Part shown: one piece after another, positions 52,250 through 64,000 of the stretch
How the letters are laid out: each line of letters begins with the position of its first letter
How positions within the stretch are numbered: the stretch's first letter is position 1
Source of the DNA: Chrysomallon squamiferum
Lineage: Eukaryota; Animalia; Mollusca
Reading direction: 5' to 3'
Length of the DNA: 64,000 nt
Assembly (NCBI GenBank): GCA_012295275.1
Contig: CM022671.1
Span: forward strand, 19,344,001-19,408,000
Position numbers and translations under genes: made by a program
Notes under the pieces: generated by a model
Told to the model about the DNA's origin: nothing
The model's input: the letters and a program-made list of their open reading frames with translations, nothing else
Database searches by the model: none

Positions 52250-52770
52250 TTGTACAGATGACCACGTTTTCTGGACCTCGTTCATCAGAAGTAATGGCAG
52301 ACCGGCAGCTCTTCTCACCCAGGTTTTCACGGCATTATCATTCTGGTACTCTTCAGCCAGGCATTTCTGCTGGGTCTTGCGCCAAATGGAGAAGTCTCAG
52401 TTGATGTTAGGGAGAGAAGACAAATCATCTTATCTGCGTTGCCATCATTGAATAACAAAAATCTCTTGCCATCATGTGTTTGCGACCACGGTTCCTGCAG
52501 ATCGACGTCTTGGAGTGCCTGTGGAGAGTAGGCATCATGGTTCGTCGCTGTTGGTACATGAGACTGGGAAAAGTGGGGATTTCGGGGATGTCTTGGTTGC
52601 TTTCCTTCATCATCTCAGAGTTCATGATCTGTTGCATAGCTGTTGTTTCGGATCGTGCTCTCTTTCTCATTGTACTAACCAACTAAAAGTTTCATTATTC
52701 GGAGGATGGACATGACCTAACAAAACCAGCAACTGTGGATGCTTTTTCAAATTACAGTCCACCTGGAAAG
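52250..52770 (-). mobile_element. MULE transposase remnant, second copy
   Basis: Near-identical to 20560-21090, with an extra 9-nt deletion (PSL-MYQ versus PSLKSSMYQ). Confidence 0.8.
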
Positions 52771-53433
52771 TGACATATTTCAAATTTCTATTAAATGTTT
52801 ATGACTAAAAATATTTGATTAATAATACTATATAATCTATGCCTATACTATCGTCATATTTCCCCCCTGAAACAAGAATATTTTTGCATTATGCTACCTT
52901 ACTGCTGGAATAAAGGATTGTTCTTTTTTCAGAAATATATATAACTAAATCAGTTATGGGGTAAAGACTGAAGTGCGAAATAATTCACATCAAAGACTAG
53001 CTCTTCCATTTAATTATACAAGATCACTGAACAGTCTTTGTGCATTTAAATTTTTTTATAACTTCTGATTTATGCTTGATCATTGTTATTATGGATACAA
53101 ATTGTGGTATGTTTCTGAAGTTCTAGAAGTACATTTTGTAGCTGATTTTCAATTGTACTGTAATAACCACGGTCATGTTGTAAATTAAAAACCTCAATAT
53201 ATATATAGATATATATATATAAAAATCCCAAAACTATTTTCTAATATCCTTTTTGCAGATAAGTTCTATCATGCATAGATTAGGAGATATAAACATTTAA
53301 AACTGCACAAGGACTTTAGACTCTTTATAATAAGCTTAAACAATTTTAATAAAACCAACCAACAAAATATGACTGTTACCATAGATTATTGTTCAGTTAC
53401 AGTTTACTTTGATGGTAAGAACAAATGGCTGGA

Positions 53434-53476
<43 letters not shown>

Positions 53477-53571
53477 AAATGAAATGAAATTACTTTAAAA
53501 AATGAGATTCATATTAGTTTTGTATCATGAAATGTGTCAGCAAGCGCATCAATACAGTCATGTACAAACTG

Positions 53572-53602
<31 letters not shown>

Positions 53603-55689
53603 AATAACCCTTCGATTATGCATTGATAAATACACTCAAGTTTGTCAGTATTTTTATCTTATGGAAGACAAAAAAAAAGAAAAAAAGATTCAATTATTGT
53701 TGTAATGATCACAGCACATACAATCAAAGGTAAACTTTAATAAAAGCATGACCTCAGCAGACATTAACTGTTTAAACAAGAAATCAGAATAACATGACTT
53801 CAGTGATCTCAATGTATATGTAAATATAATTATTATTAAAATTGTAAAATATCAACAAATGTCATTTTGCATTACATTTCTAATACATATATATATATAA
53901 ATATAATAAAAAAAAAAAAAGAAGATAACTACATTAGAAAAACCACACCAAAAATGTTATGGCATTCAAATATATGAAGAAATTCAGTTTTAAATATTAA
54001 TTAACTATTTACAAATAAAATCATTTATTTTAAAGTTAAAAATGCTACACACAGTAAATATGTTCAGAAAGAATAGATGTACATAAAAGAAAGGCATCCG
54101 AAGTAATATCTATAACTATTTGAATTTAAAATAAATATAAAATAAGCAATGTATTCTAATAAGGCACTTTATAAAGTTCCCTGTGCTTGAACTTTTAGGA
54201 GTAGTGAAACATTGTGAACAAAATTTGAATAAAACAGAAAGTATCCACCTGTGTGTCATTTACAGTTTTATTTTTACATTATCAACTTCAAGTGTATTAG
54301 AACTACTTTCAGCAGTTTTTTAATAGACTGATGTGTATATATTTGTGCTGGCATGCAGGCATGGGTGGATTTTGTTGTTTTTTAAATCTAATGATATTTA
54401 AAATAAATAATACTGTTTTTTTGGTGTTTTTTTTATAATTCCCTATAAAAATATTTAAATACTATTGATGAAAACTCTTTTCACCAGTTTAATTTGTTTC
54501 CATTGAGTGTTTATCATAAGGTGACTACACTTAAGACAGGAATAAGCAATCCTTGAAAATAATATGCATAACTGGGATAAATATTTTTGATATAAAACTC
54601 ACATTTGCAGAAAATATTTTTTTTGTTTTTACAGTTCTGACAGTTAGACAACAGTAAGTACAGAATTAAAAAACCAGTTCATACAAAATTAATTAAATAT
54701 ATATCTTCCAAAGTTACCTAAAAAAGACTACAAATGAAAATAACAATGATTTGAAGTTTGAATTTACATAAACATGTGTTAAGATATTTCTTAATACAGT
54801 TTATAAGAAAATATTTACATGACTATACAGAAGAGGGTAATGTTATGTTCAAATACAAATGTTATCATATGTCAAGTTGGTTATTTTTCATTGAAATATT
54901 TTGTCAGCTAGCCTTTCAGATTGAAATGACCAAACAAATATGAAAGAAATGATAAAAATACTGCAGTGCGAATTAAACTGTTTAATATAACAATGCTTAT
55001 TTCTATAAACATTGAGATTAAAATGTATTTAATATTTTTTTTATTAGAAATTAAAATGTAAATTTAGATATTTAATGACTTAATTAATTAATTTTCTTTT
55101 TGTGTTGAAAAACAGTAATTTGTAACGTAACTAATATGTTTAATTGAAGTTGTCATAAAACTTTATCATGGACTGTTTGTACTGAGTTAAATATATATAA
55201 ATCATTTACAAACTTCTATACAAAATACAAAAACATTTTCTTTTTTTATTCTGTATTGCTATAAGTGTTAAATTTTGTCAGTATCATAAACAAGTTAATA
55301 TTATAGCTGTATGTAAAAATAAAAAGTCATGGAACTGATGGGATAAAAAAAAAGCCTACCCCCCCAAAAAAAGCCCAGATAAACAGCAGCAACAAATGGA
55401 CAAAAACCTCCAAATCTGTGAGTCATTAAAAAACAAAAAATAAATTAGAATTTGTCCTCCATGATGGAAAGTATTGCATAATGATTTTAATTAATTCCAC
55501 ATCTTAAAAGATGTCATGTAGTAAAATATCATAAATATATAAAATTAATTATAATTCAATTCAAAATAATTGTTTTATCATACTGGATAAACTGGACTTC
55601 TCTGTGATGCTAAAAGATCCAGACATTTTTACATTATCAGATTTTATCTCCAATAGTGAAAACTTCACAAACCTCATACTAAATATTAT

Positions 55690-56150
55690 TGATCAATTAA
55701 CTGTCAGAAATAATTATACAACTTTAATCAATCACTATACTTGTATAACAGTCATCAAATGTTATACTTGTTTTACTAATATCAATCACTATATTTCTGT
55801 GACTGTCATCAATAACTATATTTGTATAATTGCCATCAATCACTATGCTTGTATAACTATCATTAATCACTATACTTGTACAACAATCATCAGTTAGAGA
55901 ATACTTGTTTAACTGTCATCAATTACTATATTTGTATAATTGTTGTCTGTTAGAATAGACATGCATAATTGGCATCAGTCTCTATACTTGTTTAATTATC
56001 ATCAATTACTATGTATAACTCATCAATGACTTTGCTTGTATAATTATCATCAATGACTATTCTTTTGGAACTTATAATTGAATGTATTTTGCATGACAGT
56101 TATCAGTAACTGTATCTGTGGAACTATGTATAACTGTCATCAATGATTAC
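55690..56150. repeat. 27-bp minisatellite downstream of TRPV-C (one unit longer than in unit 1)
   Basis: Same unit; the overlapping spurious ORF is 97 aa versus 88 aa, i.e. +27 bp. Confidence 0.85.
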
Positions 56151-56317
56151 ACCTCTAAATTTAAATAACTTAAAACAATAAGGCATCCTTAAACCACAGA
56201 ATCCTTATCTTCTGTTCCACCATGAAGAGATATAATGGATTATTGTGAAGCTGATTCTCTATGTTTTGATGAGTTTCTTTTCTTGTGCTTTGGAATTTCT
56301 GTTGTGGTTTCTTTTTT

Positions 56318-57916
56318 TCAAGATAAAGTGATGCTTGCAGAAGAGAGTGACTTCACAGGTGGTTCTTGTTCTCCTTCACGAGCTTTTGTCTTTGATGCTG
56401 TTTTGATTACTGCTAATGCTATTTTTTCTTCATTTTCTTGAGGAATACTCACAGAGTATTCTTTCTGAAACTTTATCAAATCCGTTTTGGAAAACCCACG
56501 CTCTAAAATCACAATAGTTTTTGCCCACTTGAAAAGGAAAACAAGTATTAAATAACAGTTTAATTAGAATGTTCTAAATAATAATCAGTTAAGACAAGAA
56601 AATGATTTAATCTGAATGTCTGGCATAATCTACAGTTTAATCTGTGATAAACAATCTTTAACATTCATGATTTAAGGTTTTTGTGACATATAATTATCAT
56701 GTAATAATAAAGTTACATAATATTTACAAATATCATACTGGTTTAAGGATATTTCTTTAAATGCAACTTTAAGACAAATAATTATAAAAGAATTTAAAAA
56801 AATGAAAATAATGAAAGAAAAGATAAGAAAAATAATGGGAAGAAGAAGATGGAAAACGTAATGAAATTTCTGGCAAATATGAAATTAAGAAACCCAATAA
56901 AATAATAAGAAAAGATGAATTAAATATCTGACAAACCTGTTTCCTCCATTCTTTATCAGATTTGGCAATTATCTGTTGGTATGTGTTGCCCATCATGGCT
57001 ATCAACATGTTCAGTAGTAAAATTGGTACAAGGACCACAAAGATGGCAAATATCAGCTTTGCCAGGGGGGCATAATTAGCATTATTGAAGGCAACATACT
57101 ATTTCATAATAAAAAAAAAAAAAATTGAAATAACAAATATTACTTTTTCTCAGAACAGGCAAGGATTAGAGTGCTGGTCTAATGTCACACAAAATCAGTT
57201 ATTCTCAGCGTAACTTTTGTTAATTTCTCAAATTCCATCTGCCAGTTCTGTACATCCTATTTGTGATAGGAGGACATCTGACTAATAACTATAATAACTT
57301 TATATTAAAATACTATATATTTGTTTTATTAACAGTGCCTTGCCTATCATAATCAAATAACAAACAAGTAACTCAAAAATGAATATCTTGGGAATCATTT
57401 TACTAAAACTGAAAATATGTAAATGGATATCTCTCCCCAAAAACCCAGAATTAGTTTATCGCTCATTCAGTTTTTCCCATCATAAGTCAAAAAAATGCCT
57501 CTTCTCTCCTAACAACAACAAAAAAATTATTAAATTATTAGATTAAATAATGACTTATGTTTTTCCTCTGGTTAGACAGAATACCAAACCTTGATCTCTC
57601 CTAATGTCATCTGAAATAATGTCATCAAAGTCTCGTGTACAGTTGCAAATTTCTGAATGTCAGAATTATCATCATTTCGATTTTTGAACAGGAAAAACAA
57701 ACCTGAAATTTTAAAATATAATGATGGATAAGATTTTAACCAGTACAATGACCATTTCATAAAAAAATTATAAAACTATTAATTCTTTCCCATTAATTTA
57801 AGTGATTAATTTTGTTTATTATTAATATTACTTTTGTTTAATAATTATTTAAAGGCAGTTTACTTTATAGATTTGTCATGCAAATTATAAAAAAGTAAAA
57901 CTAAAGAAAAAAAAAA

Positions 57917-57966
<50 letters not shown>

Positions 57967-60900
57967 TAATAGTAATAATAATAATAAAATAAACAAACAT
58001 AAGATAAAAACACAAATCTAATTGAAAGATTTTATGACAGGCACAAACATCTATATAAAACATACCTGGTGCAAATCCCATCAAGAAAATTATATAAATA
58101 ACCCCAAATCTCAGAAGATCCCCTAATAACATTTGGTACACCATGTTCACAAAGGGACCTACTAGTTTGACACTCCTAAAACAAAAACAGAAAATGATGC
58201 TAAATGTTAAACAGAATTTAAAAAGAATGTATATTGCAAAGGCATCTCATGAAAGCTCATACCTAAGATTTTGTACTATTAGTTATTAAAATCAATTTAG
58301 TAAAGGTAATATTAAAAACTGTTAATTTAATTTTAATGTGAATATTTTTAAGAAACCTTAACACAGTATGTAGAGCTAATATTTAAAGAAGAAGTAGATA
58401 TGAAATTAAAAATGCAGCCTTGTATTAATGTACTTTAAAATTAAAACTATTACATTCTGGCTTTTTAATTTACAAACAAGAACAACAATGACATATTTTG
58501 GTATTAAAATTCAAAGCTGCTGTATAAATTGTTCCAAGACAGCAGCTAACAGTAAATCAATATCTGCAGTTAATGAAATCAAGACAATGTCATATAATAG
58601 AAATGGAATTTTGAAATGTTGTAATTACTGTTTCATTTATTAGGACTGTAGATGGAAATGTTATGTGAAGACTATAGTATACCTATGTGAAATATAATGG
58701 TGGTTATTTTAAATAAATGTGTGAATTTTATAATGTGATCACTTAGAAACTTGACCATACTACAGTAAAATAATACAATATATTTTATAATAACATATTT
58801 ATCAATAATAACCAGACGGGTTATGAGAAACTATGCTTATGCTCAAATCAAATCGTTTTTATAATTTTATCTGTAAATATTACTTTAAGTGAATTGACGT
58901 ATTCTAACAATAAAATCAAGCACCATATTATAAGAAATATAAACTGTAAATTTTAACACCATTCTGAGTTAGTACAACAATAAAATATATTTTCTGAAAT
59001 ACTATGTTATTACTATTATTATTTTTTTTTTATGAAATAAATAAATAAATAAAATTAGTTTAATATTTAACACTGAACCTGGATTCATGCTAAGAAAAAA
59101 ATGCAGAATTAATAAAACCAAGCAAAAAAATATTTAAAAACTAGTAAACTTGCAACAACTGACAGCTGAATTTTTTTATTTGTATATATATATATTTTTT
59201 TCATTATGCACTAAAAACAATCTAAAATATAAGAAGGCTCTTTAGATATAGAATTCACTTGTGGCAGCCAGTTAGATATTTCATAAATCATACATATCTT
59301 AGTAACATGTAAAATCAACAACAACCTACCAAGCTGTGATTTTATTATACAGTTTGAAAAATATATATAAATATTTTTTCACCTGACTTACAATACTACA
59401 AACAATACAAAGTTCTGCACATGATATATTTGTTGGAAACTGCCAAATATTTCACAAGGTTCATAATAACTACAAAACAATTCAAAGTTTTCTACATTGT
59501 ACATTTTCAGCATGTCATTTATTACAGTGAGAATAAAACTGACATAACACAAAGGGACACGATCACTGCCTGAGACATTTAGCTTTGGTTACTTCAATTG
59601 ATTGACCAAGCTTACTAACTTCTGTGCAAAATAGGATATATTTTAGTGCTTCAGACATGAAAATAAATTGTACAAAAATGATGTCAAATTTTACATGTAT
59701 CAATTCACACCATGCTATACATCATTACAACATTTGTACCCAAGAGATGAGAAACTCTGAAACACAAACAAAACATTATCATAAAATTTTCAGGAATTTA
59801 TAGTCAACTGCATGTAAGAAATAAAATTAACTATTAAACAAAATAATAAAAAGTTGCAATGCTTTTGGTCTTTGTTAGTCTCCTTATATTTTATGTAGAT
59901 ATAATTATTTAATGATATTTCTATGTCTGCTTTTTACTGTGTGTATAATTTCTGAAAGAATGCATCAATATATAATACTCTTGCTTCTTTTGAAATTTTT
60001 ATTATTATTTTTTTTGTTTTTTCTTTTTTCATATTGTATTGACTGTCAAATTTAAAAAATATGGGACATTTTATTATATTTATTAATTATTCTTTTTCTT
60101 TTTACATTTATATCCTCAAAATATTTTTAACATACAACTAACATAATCATGATATGAAATACCTGGAACTACAAAAGTATGAAAATATGGCATTCAGCTT
60201 CACATAAAAATAACCTAAACACAAAATAAAATTTGGAATACTATATTTCATTTCTACAAGCAATTGTTAGTGAATCAACTTTGAAAAAATAAATCTTTAG
60301 CATAGTGGAAACTATTCTAAATGTCTAATATATATCAATTTTAAACATGAAAAATTCATTAATAAACAACCGTGTGAAACCTACCTGGCAAAGAAAAGCA
60401 AGAAGAACCATGATCCAGGAACAGCAAATATTAATAAGATATCTTCTGCAGTGTCACAGTGAAGAAACCTACATGGAATGCATGCTAATATGCACAAACA
60501 AGAGATCGTGTACACTATCTGTTCTTGTGAATGCAGCTTCAAATTCTAAAAAAAACACCCAAATAAACAAATAAATAAATAAATAAAACATAAAAATAAA
60601 ATCATGTGAGAAAACTGTAAAATGAATCTTGATTTTTGAAATGAAATGTCTCCTAAATAGAGAAAAATAAACAATTTCCTGTGCTATATTGTTTCATTTT
60701 ATTCCTATTTAACACACTCATATTTATACACACACACACACTGATAAACATAAAATAAAAAATATTGATTTCACTGGATCTTATTTAAAGATGCAAGAGG
60801 TTATTTGTGAATTTTCCAAATGTACTTATTCCTTTCTTATTTTACATCTCTCTTCTACCTTTTCATTCTTATTAAGAGCATTTCAAAACTGACATTAACT

Positions 60901-63002
60901 TTTCGAATTTGTTTCAAACCAGGAGAGAAAACTTCTTTTATTTCTTGGCAAAGAACCACAGCACAGAGTATACAGACCATGATTTCTGCTATGTATCGTA
61001 TCTACAGATAGAAAAAAAACCCACATGCATGAACATGAAGATAAATATTACAGTATTTAAAACAAATAGGTTGAGACACAGCAGTTATACAAAATATGAA
61101 AAGCTTTTAAAAAAACATGTTTCTGTTTGCATGATTCATCCATTATATGAGGCTGAGGATATTTGAATGTTTTATATATTACATGTTTTACAGAATTTTT
61201 TCATTACAATCTCAGTTAATAAAGTTAGAACTAAGTTATAAGAACAATATAAATTAGTTTTAAAATAGTTATTTTTGTATTTATAAAAAAGGGCGAGAAT
61301 ATATAATTAAATCAACTTGAAAGAAAAATGCCTTTCCTGTATATTTAATTTTCAGTGAAATCAAATAATCTCATTCAAAAAGTCATGGTGAAAAATGGAA
61401 TAAGCTTGTGGAGTTAGAATTGTAAACAACAAGAGACATTCACTGATTAAATGGAAAACATGGTTATAAATAGGTACTAAATATAATTTTTGTTGAACAA
61501 CAAAATATATATATTAAAATTAACTTACAACATCATTGGTGCCATTATAACCCAACAACTGTGTTCCTGCAGGACGTAGGTAGATGGCAACACTAATCAG
61601 TACAAGATGAAACAAAGCTATGACAAGTTGACGTATGAAGTGTTTCTGGAATGCACATTAAAATAAAAAATAAAAAAAATAACAATATTTAAAACATTAT
61701 TTACTTTTATGGAATCATTTATTAATTTTGTGAAATCATTTCCGTTTGAAACAAAAAAACAAACAAAATTTTTTTAAAAACATTATATCTATACTGAAAT
61801 CTTTTTCTTTTCTTAAATCTTCAAATAAAATTATTTAATCAGGTGGGAATTAAAATTGTAATAGAAACGAAGGTTTAAGATCAAAATTTAATATTTTATA
61901 TTCTCATTTTTTCATAAATGTGCCATTTATTCTGCCACAATTATGAATCATGAATGATAATTTTGAACAGTATTTATAATGAACATGCATAATCAGTACA
62001 CCCTTATGTGGACACAAATTATCAGTCCATTCATATAGCTTGTCTGTTGCTAATTATCTGTATGTAATTTTCTTTTATACATAGAGAATAATTTTTTTTA
62101 ATTAATTTATTACCCGAGCAAATGTTTTCCATTTTTCATCCAATAACTGCTTCATGACTCCATCTTCCAACATCTCAAGATGGTCATCAGTGTCACCATT
62201 AACAATGATCATAAGAGAAGAACTCCAGTCTGAATGAAGTAAAAGAAAAAAAAAAAAATTAAAATATTTAAAAGTACAGAAAAAGGAATATTTTACTGTT
62301 TGCATTTTATTCCATTCTTAAAATTAACTTCCGTGGTCATCTCAGTCAGCATGACAGACTTTAAAGCAGATACCAAAAAAGTTATTACAACCACTGACAA
62401 TGATAAGATGCTCATGGTGATATAAGGTACAAGTTTCCATGGTCATCCAACTGTCTGGGTTATCTATCCTTTGATTATCATAATCATCAAAAAAAAAAAA
62501 AAAAAAAATAATAATAATAATAATAACAAAAAAAAAAAAAAATTAATAAAAAAATAACTGTAATATAATCTGTTCTTGAAAATGTGTTTTTCTTCCTGGG
62601 TTTGGTAATTAATTAGATATATATTTTTAATGTTATCTGAAATCTGTTCAAACAATTTATTAGTCAAAAAGTTTCAAATTTCCTATTTTTTTTTTTTATA
62701 CACTTCTGTGAACTATATGCATTTGAAGCCAAAAAAAAGTGTGGGGGGGAATAAAATAATAAAACTGTTTGAAAGCCTGAGCTATAATGCAGGAAATAAA
62801 ACTAGGGGGAAAGAAAGATAAAAAACAATCAATATGGATGTAAAATTAAAAAAAAAAATTAGAAAAATCGTGTGAACGCTATTAAGCTATTATTTAGAAG
62901 AAAAAAAACATTGCACCAAAAATAACCGCAGAAAATAACAAACAAACAAAATAAAAATACACCCCCAAAAACCTAAATATAATCAGCAACAATAGATCTA
63001 TG

Positions 63003-63044
<42 letters not shown>

Positions 63045-64000
63045 ATAGAATATTAATTCATACTTGTTTCTCCATCAGGATTAATTGAATCCAAGGTGGT
63101 TAAAGGATATGCTGAACAGTACACATTACTATAAGACCAAAACTTCTGAAAATATTAAATAACAAATGCAACTATTTCACAAAATTGTCTTGATGGATAA
63201 ATTTCTATTGTTTTTGTTTTTTTTAATTAAATTAATATATATAACAGCTTTTATAAGTTTCCTAATATTGAAGTATATCTGAACTGATAGATGAATTAAA
63301 TCTTGTAATATTCAAAATGAGTTCTTCTAATCAAAACATTAACTGTACTTATTATATATGTTGTTATTATTATTTTTAATTGATTTATTTTGATTAAAAC
63401 ACCCACATATTTTACAAATAAAAACACTAAGTTACATATTCTCTTTTAGTCTACTATCATTATTTTTAAAATTAACTTTTTCTATTTAAACACCATCCTT
63501 ATTTTTAAAAAATGTATAATTTTATAATTAAAACACTAACAGTGCTACTTAGTTCAAGAATCTCTTTAAACATGACACTTCTGCCTAGTTTGGTGGCCAG
63601 GGTAACCGGAGTTAGTCCCATATTATTTTGTTTGTCTGTCTTGGCACACTTGTTTTTGTGCTGTACAGCATGCTTGTACATTTGCTGTAAATTGGCAATA
63701 AACAAGTAAATGAAATTAGTCTCAATTTTCTATTACAATAAATACTGAAACAATCATATTTTAATAATATAATAAAAAATAAATAAATAGAATAGATAAA
63801 ATTAAAAAAATATACCAAAAAAATTAAAAAAGTTGACTAATGATAAAAAAAAGCCCCATTAAAAACCCCAACAAATAAATAAAAAAAAACCAACAAAAAA
63901 CAACAACAAATAAATAAATTTAAAAAATAAATAAAAATAATAGAAAATAAAATTAAAATTAATAATTAATAATATCACTAACTGGCTGGTTATGTATGAC
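56318..64000 (-). CDS. TRPV channel copy C, end of exon 4 through exon 14; the 5' part lies beyond the right edge
   Basis: Exons >64000-63983, 63684-63541, 63145-63064, 62229-62114, 61645-61529, 61001-60894, 60545-60385, 58175-58066, 57702-57590, 57098-56937, 56527-56318. All are GT-AG and in phase, with no frameshift seen. Pore region: KFATVHETLMTLFQMTLGEIK. Stop TGA at 56320-56318. Confidence 0.92.
57917..57986. repeat. (AAT)n microsatellite in a TRPV-C intron
   Basis: Directly visible. It explains the poly-Ile run in ORF 57860..58150; it is shorter and interrupted in copy B (~26140-26195). Confidence 0.85.

Larger units (their letters stand above)
34375..64000 (+). repeat. Large tandem segmental duplication, unit 2 (runs past the right edge)
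   Basis: Matches unit 1 throughout; 63961-64000 corresponds to ~32120-32158. Confidence 0.92.

Overview
This is very AT-rich, intron-containing animal genomic DNA, an invertebrate (a lophotrochozoan such as a mollusc is plausible but not provable here). The window is a ~31.5-kb tandem duplication of a head-to-head gene pair: a TRPV channel (Inactive/Nanchung/OSM-9 type, minus strand, 14 coding exons) and leukotriene A4 hydrolase (LTA4H, M1 zinc aminopeptidase, plus strand, 16 coding exons, ~612 aa). Order: TRPV-A (5' exons only) <- -> LTA4H-1, MULE transposase remnant, TRPV-B (complete but frameshifted) <- -> LTA4H-2, MULE remnant, TRPV-C (3' exons only). I assembled all exons by hand from splice sites and phase. 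Main observations: TRPV-B looks like an A/C chimera made by unequal crossing-over; each LTA4H copy carries a different 1-nt frameshift near its C-terminus; LTA4H exon 1 is serially re-duplicated into 162-nt cassettes with intact splice signals; the last LTA4H intron is GC-AG; and the MULE remnant lacks its catalytic core. Identity statements are visual estimates, not computed. An assembly artefact (haplotype misjoin or indel errors) cannot be excluded from sequence alone.
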